A stretch of DNA of 64,000 nucleotides from Verrucomicrobiota bacterium (GTDB lineage Bacteria > Verrucomicrobiota > Verrucomicrobiia > Methylacidiphilales > Verrucolacustridaceae): NCBI GenBank assembly GCA_049324635.1, contig JBMONL010000035.1, positions 20,584 through 84,583 of the forward strand, written 5' to 3'. Shown here one piece after another: positions 36,939 through 46,147 of this stretch (its first letter is position 1; each line of letters begins with the position of its first letter). Position numbers and translations under genes: made by a program. Under the pieces are notes generated by a model that saw nothing but the letters and a program-made list of their open reading frames with translations, did not search any database and had not been told where the DNA came from.

Positions 36939-37130
36939 ATGAATAGAGTCAGCGGTATGGGAACAGGTAGTATTATAGGAACAGGACTTTGTAGGCATGA
37001 TAATCCCAAACAGCCATCGCAAACGTCTGAAGAATCCGAAAAAATATTTCCATCAATAGAAGATAATAAAAAGAGTCCATGCGGGCTTTGCGATTCGCCG
37101 ACTCCCGAATGCAAGCGTCAAAGAGACTAA
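36939..37130 (+). CDS. Possible small Cys-containing protein (63 aa)
   Basis: It has a strong SD (TAGGAGAAAAAT-ATG) and four Cys residues (C18, C48, C51, C58; CGLCDSPTPEC). It sits in an AT-rich patch, and its stop abuts the convergent RND gene stop. Confidence 0.35.
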   Translation: MNRVSGMGTGSIIGTGLCRHDNPKQPSQTSEESEKIFPSIEDNKKSPCGLCDSPTPECKRQRD

Positions 37131-40100
37131 TCAAGACTTCACAGGTTTGTAGTGTTCCAATTTTGAAAATAAACTGTAGGCGCACGGCACGACGAAAAGC
37201 GTGAAAAGCGTGGAAATGAGCACGCCTCCGATAACGGTGACCGACATGGGGATGCGGCTTTCCGCGCCGGGGCCAAAAGCGAGCGCGGGGGGGAGCGCGG
37301 CGGCAATCGTAGCGCACGATGTCATCAAAATCGGACGCAATCGAATCGGCGCGGCGGTCAATAACGCTTCGCGCAGAGGCATGCCGTCTTCAAAACGTTT
37401 TTTGTTGGTAAATTCGACAAGCAAAATGGAATTTTTCTTTACGATGCCCATGAGCAAAATAATGCCGATCATGCTGTAGAGATTGAGGGATTGCCGCGAG
37501 ATTAACAGAGCGAGAAACGCGCCGCTGATACTAAACGGCAACGCCAGCAGTACCGTGACCGGATGCAGGAAGCTGTTGAATTGAGCGCCGAGCACCATGT
37601 AAGCGACGATCACACCCATCGCCAGAGCGAAACCAAGACTGCCGAATGATTCTTTGAATGTTCGCGCGCCTCCGCCGAGCACTAGATGATAACCTTCCGG
37701 AAGAACTTCCTTTCCGATGCGTTCGGCGGCGTCGAGCGCGGAAGCTTGGGATTTTCCGGGTGCGACGTTGGCAAAAATAGAAATGGAACGTTCGCGATCG
37801 CGTCGCGTGATGGTTTGTAATGTTGAAGCTGTTTCGATGCGCGCCAAATCGCCGAGGTTGAGCAATTCGCCGTAGGCTGTGCGCACTTGAAGCGAGGCGA
37901 TACTTTCCGGAGTGGCGCGTTCTTTCGCATCCAAACGTATGCGCACGTCGTAACGACGTCCGCCGTTGGTGAATTTTCCTTCGCGTATTCCTCCGATGGC
38001 GGCGTTGATGGTTTTGCCGATTTCATTCATATCCACGCCGGACGCCGCGCATTTTTCGCGATCGGGATACACGCGCACTTCGGGTTGGCCGAGGCGATAA
38101 TCGGTATCGAGATCGATGACCAGTCCGGTTTCATTCATGCGTTTAATAATTTCCTGGCTGAGTTTATTGAGTTCATTCCATTCCGGTCCGCGAATATTAA
38201 ATTCCACAGGAAAACCGCGTTGAGCGGTGAACCCTCGCAAGGAAAGGTCTTGCGCGAAAAATTTCATATCGGAAAGTTGCTTCACTTCCTTTCGGAAAAA
38301 ATCCATGAACTCCGCTTGACTCATCTCGCGCTCGGATTTTGGTTTTAAGGTGATAAAAATCATGCCGGTATTGACTTCGCCGCCGCCGAATCCTCCGACG
38401 GACATAAAATAACGCTTCACGTCCGGGCGCGTCGCGAGCCACGCTTCCACGGGTTTGATTTTTTCGCTCGTGGCAGTGAGCGACGTGCCCACCGGCGCTT
38501 GAAAACGCGCCAAAAACATGCTCTGGTCTTGCGCGGGAATAAATTCTTTGTTCACAAAATACGCCAGCGTGAGCGATAACGCGAAAAGTCCCAAAGACGC
38601 GCACACCACCGTCCATCTCCAATTCAAACTCAAGTCCAGTAATCGGCGGTATACTCCGGCGACGCGTTCAAAAAGAATCGATGAATTTTCCTCCAATTTG
38701 GAGGGTTGAGCGCGGCGTTGGAGCAGTTGCGAACAGCGCATCGGCGTGAGCGTGATTGCTTCCAAGAGCGAGAGCGCCACCGCCGCGGAAATCGTCACGC
38801 CGAATTGGAAAAAGAATTTTCCGATAATTCCTTTCATAAACGCAACGGGTAGAAAAATCGCGATCACCGCCACCGATGCGGCGATGGCGGCGAATGTGAT
38901 TTCGCGCGCGCCGTCGGTCGAAGCGTTGACGCGATCCTTGCCCATTTGAAAATGCCGCACGATATTTTCGAGCACCATGATGGCGTCGTCCACCACAATG
39001 CCGATCGCCAGCGCAAGCCCAAGGAGCGTAAACATATTGAGCGTGAATCCCATGAAATATAAAACCATGAAACTTCCGATGACCGACGTCGGAATGGACA
39101 AAAGCACGTTGAGCGTGGAATCCCATGTTCCTAAAAATAAAAAACACACCAGCGCTGTCACGATGGCCGATAAAATCAGCGCGAATTGAGTTTCGGAAAT
39201 CGAATCTTTAATGAATGTTGTGCTGTCAAAATTGACGCCGATGCGAATGTCGTCCGGCAGGCGCTTGTTGATTTCATCCATGCGTTGCTTGACGCGCCTG
39301 CCGACTTCCACGGCATTTTCGCCGCGTTGTTTTTTAATTCCAAGACCGAGACCTGTTTGTCCTTGAATGCGCGCCAGTCGCCGGATGTCATTGAGTCCGT
39401 CTTCCACGCGCGCGATGTCTTTGATATGAATGGTCGTGTCGTAAATGGTTTTTCCGCCGCGTTGATCGATCAGAATATCGCCGATTTGTTCCGGCGTCAT
39501 GCCTTCGCCCATACTGCGTAAATTCATTTCCTGTTGATTATTTTCGATCACACCCGCGGCGGTTTCGATGTGTTGAGCGGCGACGGCGTTTTGCACGTCC
39601 AAAATGGTTAGTTCATATTTTTTGAGTTTCTCATTGTCCACCCAAATGCGCAAATTCCTCTCTGAAAATCCGCCGAGCATGACTTCGCCCACGCCGGGCA
39701 CAATTTGAAATTGATCCCGCAAATACAAATCCGCGTACACCACCAAATCATGAATCGACCGCGTGCTGGAAACGCCGAGCCACATAATCGGCTGATCATC
39801 CGGATTGGTTTTGCGAATCGTCGGAGGATCGACGTCTTCCGGCAATTTCACGGAACTAATCGCGGATTGAACCTCTTGCAATGCCGCATCGATGTTGCGA
39901 TCAATGTCGAATTCCATCGTGATATTCGCGCTACCTTGGCGAATGCTCGAAGAAATTTCACGGATGCCTTGCACCGAAATAATTTCTTGCTCCAAGCGAT
40001 CCACGATCTCCGCTTCCATCACTTCCGGCGCGGCGCCCGCCCATGTCACGCTGATATTGAGAACAGGAAAATCATAATCCGGCATCTGGCTGATTCCGAG

Positions 40101-40193
40101 GCGCGTCATCGATATCCATCCGAACGCAATCAATCCGCACATCAGCATCCACGCGAATACCGGACGCTTGATCGATAAATCCGAAAGCGTCAC
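37131..40193 (-). CDS. RND multidrug efflux permease (AcrB/HAE1-like)
   Basis: About 1020 aa with 12-TM RND architecture (LSIKRPVFAWMLM...). I prefer the GTG start at 40193, which overlaps the upstream stop as GTGA. The ATG at 40280 would overlap the OMF gene by 91 nt. Confidence 0.9.
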   Translation of the reverse strand: MTLSDLSIKRPVFAWMLMCGLIAFGWISMTRLGISQMPDYDFPVLNISVTWAGAAPEVMEAEIVDRLEQEIISVQGIREISSSIRQGSANITMEFDIDRNIDAALQEVQSAISSVKLPEDVDPPTIRKTNPDDQPIMWLGVSSTRSIHDLVVYADLYLRDQFQIVPGVGEVMLGGFSERNLRIWVDNEKLKKYELTILDVQNAVAAQHIETAAGVIENNQQEMNLRSMGEGMTPEQIGDILIDQRGGKTIYDTTIHIKDIARVEDGLNDIRRLARIQGQTGLGLGIKKQRGENAVEVGRRVKQRMDEINKRLPDDIRIGVNFDSTTFIKDSISETQFALILSAIVTALVCFLFLGTWDSTLNVLLSIPTSVIGSFMVLYFMGFTLNMFTLLGLALAIGIVVDDAIMVLENIVRHFQMGKDRVNASTDGAREITFAAIAASVAVIAIFLPVAFMKGIIGKFFFQFGVTISAAVALSLLEAITLTPMRCSQLLQRRAQPSKLEENSSILFERVAGVYRRLLDLSLNWRWTVVCASLGLFALSLTLAYFVNKEFIPAQDQSMFLARFQAPVGTSLTATSEKIKPVEAWLATRPDVKRYFMSVGGFGGGEVNTGMIFITLKPKSEREMSQAEFMDFFRKEVKQLSDMKFFAQDLSLRGFTAQRGFPVEFNIRGPEWNELNKLSQEIIKRMNETGLVIDLDTDYRLGQPEVRVYPDREKCAASGVDMNEIGKTINAAIGGIREGKFTNGGRRYDVRIRLDAKERATPESIASLQVRTAYGELLNLGDLARIETASTLQTITRRDRERSISIFANVAPGKSQASALDAAERIGKEVLPEGYHLVLGGGARTFKESFGSLGFALAMGVIVAYMVLGAQFNSFLHPVTVLLALPFSISGAFLALLISRQSLNLYSMIGIILLMGIVKKNSILLVEFTNKKRFEDGMPLREALLTAAPIRLRPILMTSCATIAAALPPALAFGPGAESRIPMSVTVIGGVLISTLFTLFVVPCAYSLFSKLEHYKPVKS

Positions 40194-41476
40194 GGTTTTT
40201 CTCCTTGCGGTTGTTGAGAAATTCCCGAAGACACGATCAATTGCACCCAGTCGCGTTTGGCGAAAAGCCGCGCTTCCCATTCGTCGCGTTGCGCGTTGTA
40301 GAGCGAGCGCATGGCATTCAACACATCCAAATTATTCGCCATGCCGCGCGTGTAATCTTTCTTTTGTTCTCCCAGATTTTCCTCCGCCACGTTTTTGAGT
40401 TCGCTGAATCGCGCGAACTCCGCGGCAGACGCGATAAAATTATTATACGAAACCAAAATTTCTTTTTCCGCCGAGCGTTGAAGGCTGGAGAGATTTAATT
40501 CCTGTTGCCGCATGAGGGCTTCTTTTTCCCGAACTTTCGCTTCCGTCAAGCCGCCTTCAAAAATCGGCACGTCCACCGTCACGGCGACATTCCAATCCTT
40601 GTCGCTGTCCGGATCATTATAGAGAAAATAATTTCCCTCCAAATTCACCGACGGCCAATGCTCGCCTTTCGTCGCCGAGAGCAGGCCGCGCGCGGCGCGC
40701 AATTTTTGAATTTGCGCCAATACATCCGGTCGCTCGCCGGTGTGCGTCAGATACGTCTCGATATTTTCAACGCTCGGGAAAGCGTTTTTGTCTTCGAGTT
40801 TCCATTGTTCCGAAGGCAGATCGATTAAAAACGCAAGAAGTTCTTTCGATGCATTGCGCAATTTTTTTGTGCTTTCGATTACAGCGCGCGCGCCGGCCAA
40901 ATCGGTGCGGGCGCTCAAAAGTTCGCTTTTGCGCGATTTTCCCAACTCCACGCGCTTTTCAAGTTCGGCAACGCGCTCCTGCAAAGCAGAATCCAGTTCC
41001 TGCAAAATTTTCAAATCTCCCTCGTATGCGAGCGTCTGATAAAATGCGTCGGCTACGTCGAGATAAAGCAACTGCCGCGCGCGTTGAAGCGAATAAAGCC
41101 CCGCTTCTTTATTCGCCGAAGCCGCCTGCGCCGCCGCGAATTCACGGAATCCATTAAAAATCGGTTGTTTGACATTGACGTAACTTTCCACCGTATCTTG
41201 ATCGCCGAACATCCCGCGCTTGGAGTGCGATAAAATTTCATCCGAAAAAGTATCCGTGCCCTTGACGTGAATTTTTGGAAATAATCCGCTCACAGCCTGC
41301 CAGTATTGCGCTTCGGCGACGCGCACATCCTGTTCGCGCAATCCCAACGTCTCGCTCTTCGCGCTCGAAAGCTGGTAGCAATCATGCAAACTAAGCGTTT
41401 GGATGTCTTGCGCGGCGACAGCGCACGTCATCGCAGCAAAAAAAAGCATCATCATTTTAGGATAGACGTTCATCAT
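40190..41476 (-). CDS. TolC-family outer membrane efflux protein
   Basis: 428 aa with a signal peptide and two OEP-type repeats (LSLHDCYQLSSAKSETLGL...). Confidence 0.85.
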   Translation of the reverse strand: MMNVYPKMMMLFFAAMTCAVAAQDIQTLSLHDCYQLSSAKSETLGLREQDVRVAEAQYWQAVSGLFPKIHVKGTDTFSDEILSHSKRGMFGDQDTVESYVNVKQPIFNGFREFAAAQAASANKEAGLYSLQRARQLLYLDVADAFYQTLAYEGDLKILQELDSALQERVAELEKRVELGKSRKSELLSARTDLAGARAVIESTKKLRNASKELLAFLIDLPSEQWKLEDKNAFPSVENIETYLTHTGERPDVLAQIQKLRAARGLLSATKGEHWPSVNLEGNYFLYNDPDSDKDWNVAVTVDVPIFEGGLTEAKVREKEALMRQQELNLSSLQRSAEKEILVSYNNFIASAAEFARFSELKNVAEENLGEQKKDYTRGMANNLDVLNAMRSLYNAQRDEWEARLFAKRDWVQLIVSSGISQQPQGEKP

Positions 41477-41479
41477 GGC

Positions 41480-42064
41480 TTATTGTTTCGCGCCGTTGAG
41501 AAAAATTTCCACAATTTCTTCGGCTCGTAGGCGAGGGGGGAGCACCGAGGGATTCAGCATTTGCATCAACCCGTAAAAAAGCAGTTGTCCGTGCAACGCC
41601 GCCGCCAACATGCGCACATCCGTGTCCTTACGAAAAAATTCCTCCTTTACGCCCTGCTTTATAAAAGACTGAAACGCTTCAATGAGACGGCGACCTCTTT
41701 TTTGCAATTGAATGCCGCGAGGCGCTTCTTCTTTCGGAGCAAATGCCGCATGAAACGTCACCTTGCACAAATCTTGCCGTTTCTGCGCCATGCACAGCAC
41801 CGCATCCACCATCTTCACCAATCGCTCCCGCCAATCCGCCGGCGCGGAAAATGCCTCACGTATGAGACGCATGCGTTCCTCAAATCCATACGACAAAATC
41901 GCCAAATAAAGCCCTTCTTTGTTCTTGAAATAATAATACAACACCGGCTTCGACGCTCCCGCTTTGCGCGCGATTTCATTCACCGACGCGCCGGCGTACC
42001 CCTTTTGCGCAAAAACTTTCGTTCCCGCTTCCATTAAGCGCTCGCGCAATGAACACGATTTCAT
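41480..42064 (-). CDS. TetR/AcrR-family transcriptional regulator
   Basis: 194 aa with an N-terminal HTH (GYAGASVNEIARKAGASKPVLYYYFKNKEGL). Confidence 0.9.
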   Translation of the reverse strand: MKSCSLRERLMEAGTKVFAQKGYAGASVNEIARKAGASKPVLYYYFKNKEGLYLAILSYGFEERMRLIREAFSAPADWRERLVKMVDAVLCMAQKRQDLCKVTFHAAFAPKEEAPRGIQLQKRGRRLIEAFQSFIKQGVKEEFFRKDTDVRMLAAALHGQLLFYGLMQMLNPSVLPPRLRAEEIVEIFLNGAKQ

Positions 42065-42107
42065 TGTGCCATTATGAGCGTCTTTCGTTTTTCGTCAATT
42101 TAAAATT

Positions 42108-42449
42108 CTACCGAACGGTAGAATTGCGATGAAAAGTCGCATCGAGGAAATCTTTTTTTACATCGGCAGTTATTTTTCGCGCGAAAAATCCCCCCATCAG
42201 TAATACCATTAAAAATGCAAGTAGAGCGGCGGCGGCGACGTTTTTACACGAAATTTCAGCCTCAAAAGCATATTGAATGAGTTGTCGCGAGGCTTGTTCG
42301 GGAGTGTATTGAGAAAGATCGACGGCGGCGCGGCGAAAAACTTCGCTTTGTTCGTAAATATGATGCGCGCCAAATATGCCCACCGTAAGTATTAGAATCG
42401 CACAAATGAAAAATCCTATCCAAAGAAGAAAAAAAGGTTTATGAATCAT
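42108..42449 (-). CDS. Small two-TM membrane protein, unknown function
   Basis: 113 aa with two hydrophobic helices. Its start overlaps the upstream stop (ATGA). Confidence 0.5.
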   Translation of the reverse strand: MIHKPFFLLWIGFFICAILILTVGIFGAHHIYEQSEVFRRAAVDLSQYTPEQASRQLIQYAFEAEISCKNVAAAALLAFLMVLLMGGFFARKITADVKKDFLDATFHRNSTVR

Positions 42450-42721
42450 TTTTTAGATTTCGAACGGTAAAATTTGGAAATCAAGTTTTGAAGACCTGAG
42501 CGAATATTCTTAAGTTGTGTCGTAAAGTTGGTTTCCCGATACATGGCGTAATCCATGCCTTCTTTTTGACAATATTGCTTGCGCGCTTCAATAGCGTGAA
42601 GTTGGCGCGTCACATATTCGACGGGAGATAGAGAGAGTTGTTCGCACACTTTGTCGAGCGTGTCGCGCATCTTTGGATCAAGATCGGAAATAATTTTTTG
42701 TGCTTTTACTTCGAAATTCAT
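42446..42721 (-). CDS. Small soluble helical protein, unknown function
   Basis: About 91 aa from MNFEVKAQKII.... It is translationally coupled to the next gene. Confidence 0.45.
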   Translation of the reverse strand: MNFEVKAQKIISDLDPKMRDTLDKVCEQLSLSPVEYVTRQLHAIEARKQYCQKEGMDYAMYRETNFTTQLKNIRSGLQNLISKFYRSKSKK

Positions 42722-42789
42722 GCTCCAATAGCATGAGCAACTTGTTCGCATTGTGCAAGCGTATCCGAGTCGATAACTATCCCAATGGA

Positions 42790-43500
42790 TAAGCCTCCGC
42801 TTTGAGCGGAGGAATCACGAAGTTTTACATTTTCTTGAGATTTCCTGAAAAAGCTTGTGAGACAAAGCAGTTGCCGTGAATTCATCAGAGACGTATCGCA
42901 AGTCGGCGGATCGAGCGAATGCTCTCTCCTTTACCTTCACATCCACCCAACGTGTCCTCACGAGCCGGGCGGCGTGGTGATCTTGTTTGCCACAGCGCAA
43001 GAGTACGCGCTCGCGGGGACGCGAGCTGACGCAGGAGGTTAAATTTTCAAAAAGCATCCACCCATCCAATCAAAATTTTTTTATCGCCATGAAGGATTCA
43101 TCTACTCAGCCGCTCGCGTCCCCGCGAGCATGAAGCGTGAGGATGCGGCAGGCAAGGTCGCCACAGGTTGATGCCCATCACCCCTCCTCCATGCCATTTG
43201 CGCTCCGCGCATTTTTATGTTCGCTGTCGCGAAAACGCATTCCGCTTCGCGATGACACGTTGGGTGGGTGTGCTATTGAATGGCTCGCTAACGCTCGGCG
43301 AATCCGAATCAAAAACCTGTTGAACAGGTAAGAAGTAACCCAAACCGCTTTGAGCGGTTCTCCTTCAACCTCCCAGCTCTGCTGGGAGTAATTGATTTTG
43401 TGTTTTGACACTTTTTGAAGCGCCAACGGCGCGTGATAGATACAGCTAGGGCGAAGCCCTAGGTAAAAGAAAGAAATTCTTGAGCGCTGAAAGCGCGTGA
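42790..43500. repeat. Non-coding region packed with short hairpins and inverted dispersed repeats
   Basis: Hairpins include CCTCCGC-tttga-GCGGAGG, AACCGC-tttga-GCGGTT, CTCCCAGC-tct-GCTGGGAG, GCGCC-aac-GGCGC, CTAGGGC-gaa-GCCCTAG and AGCGC-tgaa-AGCGC. Inverted pairs are CCACCCAACGTGTC (42944) / GACACGTTGGGTGG (43254) and GCTCGCGGGGACGCGAGC (43009) / GCTCGCGTCCCCGCGAGC (43111). Confidence 0.8.
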
Positions 43501-43521
43501 TAGAAATATCATTTAAAAATA

Positions 43522-43886
43522 TTAAGGGGACTTCTTAAATATTCGCGTGAGGGCGCGTTGCGGATTGATTTTTGTCGCGAGCAAGGCGCGACAAGGGAGA
43601 ATATTGAAATTAAATATTTGACCGAGGAGCAACACAGCTCGCGACAAAAATCAACGCAACCCTTCGGGCAACAAAGGCATAGCCTTTTTCTGCGTGCTTC
43701 GCACCTGAAGTGGAGAGATGTTTCATCCGCGCGAAGCGCAAGGAAAGCGACAGCGTCGCTGGCGGCGTTACTCGCTTGTCGGATATTTAATTTCAATATC
43801 CGACTGCGCTCGCGCCTTGCCATCCTCCGCAACTCCCTGTTGCGCGCCCCACTGGAATATTTAAGAAGTCCCCTTAAGTTATTTCA
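43522..43886. mobile_element. MITE-like non-autonomous element with perfect 23-bp terminal inverted repeats
   Basis: TTAAGGGGACTTCTTAAATATTC at 43522-43544 is the exact reverse complement of 43864-43886. The arms continue imperfectly to a second perfect IR, ATATTGAAATTAAATAT (43601-43617 / 43783-43799). No ORF with a coding signature lies inside. Confidence 0.6.
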
Positions 43887-43892
43887 CTATAA

Positions 43893-44219
43893 TTACGCCC
43901 ATGCTCGAAATGTGACAGTTGATTTTGATTGGAGAAGAGAAACCATACCGCTGGAAGCGTAGAGGTAACCCATCACATCGATGCCGCTAGCTTGTCCTGA
44001 CATGAGAGCCGCGAAAAGATTTGCGACGTTACTTTGTGAAGTGCCATCCCAAGTGTCTTCTTCGATTTCGGTAAAGGCATCGGGATTGGCTTGAACAAGA
44101 GCGGCTGTCGTCATCGCACTGTAAACAAGGCTGGCGGAGCTAGTTTCGAAAAAACCCGAACCACCTTTGGCGTACAAGCTTTTCTTCGAAGTCAACAGCG
44201 ATGAAACTGCATCCAACAT
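43893..44219 (-). CDS. Hypothetical protein (108 aa)
   Basis: The ORF has an S/A/T-rich sequence and no recognisable motif. Its stop lies 7 nt from the MITE-like element. Confidence 0.3.
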   Translation of the reverse strand: MLDAVSSLLTSKKSLYAKGGSGFFETSSASLVYSAMTTAALVQANPDAFTEIEEDTWDGTSQSNVANLFAALMSGQASGIDVMGYLYASSGMVSLLQSKSTVTFRAWA

Positions 44220-44473
44220 AAGCCAACTCTCTATTATTTATATCGGCATACTTTTGTTGTTTTTAATAAAAAGAATAATTTTTAAATGCTTGCAATCAGG
44301 TAAATTACGATTTTTCTGCGAAGAAACTGTCGAGGCAAGTTTACACATTCACAGAAACTGTGCCTCTGCAATCATGACTTCGACAATTCTCACATCAGGT
44401 TGGGGATGGACGAGAAAAATTGGACAAGCCATGCTCGTTATTGAAGAACCCACGTCCGTCAAAGCGTGGAGTT

Positions 44474-45466
44474 TCAGAAATGCGCATTTTTGACGAGATA
44501 ATAGGCGCATGCGGAGAGGATTGCGGAGCAGGGGATGGTGAGAATCCACGCCCAGACGATTCTACCGGCGACGCCCCATTTAACGGCGCTGAAGCGTTTG
44601 ATGGAGCCGACGCCCACGATGGAGCCGGTAATGGTGTGCGTGGTGCTGACCGGAATGCCGAATGCGGAAGACATGAAGAGCGTTATCGAAGCACCGAGTT
44701 CGGCGCAAAAACCGTCGATAGGTTTGAGTTTGGTGACTTTTTGCCCCATGGTTTTCACAATACGCCAACCGCCGCACATAGTGCCCACCGCAATCGCGGC
44801 GTGACACGAAATCACAACCCAAAACGGCACATAAAATGTCTTTCCTAATAACCCTGCGCTGAAAAGCAAACTCGCGATAATGCCCATCGTTTTTTGCGCG
44901 TCGTTGCCTCCGTGACCAAGGCTATAGAGCGCCGCCGAGATGAGTTGTCCTTTACGAAAAAGATGCTCAACCTTGGACGGTGTGCTTTTTCTGAAAAGTC
45001 CGTACACAACCAATCCTAAAATCAAACCCAACGAAAGCCCCACGATGGGCGATACGAAAATAAATATCAGCGTTTTAAAAATTCCTTTCCACACGAGCGG
45101 AGCCGTGCCGGCTTTTGCAAGTGCGGCGCCAATCATGCCGCCGATGAGCGCATGCGAAGAACTTGTGGGCAAGCCAAAGTACCATGTGATGAGATTCCAA
45201 CCGCATGCGCCCACGAGCACGCCGAAAATCACCATTTGATCCACGACGGCGATATCGATGATGCCTTTGCCGATGGTGTTGGCCACGTGAAGCCCGAAAA
45301 AAAGAAACGCCACAAAATTAAAAAACGCCGCCCAGAGCACCGCATAACGCGGCGAGAGCACGCGCGTGGAAACGGTCGTGGCAATCGAATTTGCCGCGTC
45401 GTGAAATCCGTTCAAAAAATCAAACGTCAACGCCAAAAGAATTAAAAAAATAATCCCTATTGTCAT
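44474..45466 (-). CDS. pit: Inorganic phosphate transporter, PiT family
   Basis: 330 aa with GFHDAANSIAT and GGNDAQKTMG motifs. Confidence 0.9.
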   Translation of the reverse strand: MTIGIIFLILLALTFDFLNGFHDAANSIATTVSTRVLSPRYAVLWAAFFNFVAFLFFGLHVANTIGKGIIDIAVVDQMVIFGVLVGACGWNLITWYFGLPTSSSHALIGGMIGAALAKAGTAPLVWKGIFKTLIFIFVSPIVGLSLGLILGLVVYGLFRKSTPSKVEHLFRKGQLISAALYSLGHGGNDAQKTMGIIASLLFSAGLLGKTFYVPFWVVISCHAAIAVGTMCGGWRIVKTMGQKVTKLKPIDGFCAELGASITLFMSSAFGIPVSTTHTITGSIVGVGSIKRFSAVKWGVAGRIVWAWILTIPCSAILSACAYYLVKNAHF

Positions 45467-45469
45467 AGG

Positions 45470-46102
45470 TTAAGACTGTTTAACCAAAATCGATTCCACC
45501 AGATGCGCGACGTCTTCGCAAATATCGGTCACTTCTTCGGCGTCGATGTAAATGTCTTTCCACTTAATGACTTCGATGGGGTCTTTGACAGTTTCAAATA
45601 GTTCCGCCAGAACGCCGTCGCGCATGTCGTCGCCGATATTCTCCAAGCGATTGACTTCCACAAAAGCTTCCATCACCGAATCCGAATTTTTCATCGCGCG
45701 CAAGCCTTTCATCGTCGCCGCTACGGCAATCACGGATTGCTCGATGATCCCAGCAAATTGAATGAGATTTTTGTTGCCGCCTGAAATGCGATACACTTTG
45801 AGACGATTCACAATGGAGTCGATCATATCCACGATGTTGTCCAGTTCTTTGGTCAGCGCGTAAATATCCTCGCGATCAAACGGCGTGATAAACGTTTTAT
45901 TGAGTTGCGCGATAATCGAGTGCGTCACTTTATCGGCGCGATGCTCAATGTCCTCGATTTCGCGGTAAGAAGCTTCTGTGAGCAGTCCTTCGGTTGCGGC
46001 AATTTCTTTGAATTTTTTAGCGGCTTCGAGCGCGAAACCGACTTGTTGCTCAAACAAATTAAAAAAATCAAATTCCTTAGGCAAAAATTTGGAAAGTAAC
46101 AT
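45470..46102 (-). CDS. DUF47/PhoU-like Pit accessory protein
   Basis: 210 aa: MLLSKFLPKEFDFFNLFEQQ.... This is the classical pairing upstream of pit. Confidence 0.85.
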   Translation of the reverse strand: MLLSKFLPKEFDFFNLFEQQVGFALEAAKKFKEIAATEGLLTEASYREIEDIEHRADKVTHSIIAQLNKTFITPFDREDIYALTKELDNIVDMIDSIVNRLKVYRISGGNKNLIQFAGIIEQSVIAVAATMKGLRAMKNSDSVMEAFVEVNRLENIGDDMRDGVLAELFETVKDPIEVIKWKDIYIDAEEVTDICEDVAHLVESILVKQS

Positions 46103-46147
46103 AGTTCTTCCTTATGACAGACTCATGAAAAATTACAAAAAGAAAAA

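Noticed and set aside
40194-40280. ATG start of the RND gene at 40280, overlapping the OMF gene by 91 nt.
   Set aside because: RND pumps start a few residues before the conserved (F/I)..RPV motif. A GTG at 40193 overlaps the OMF stop as GTGA, a typical coupling arrangement.
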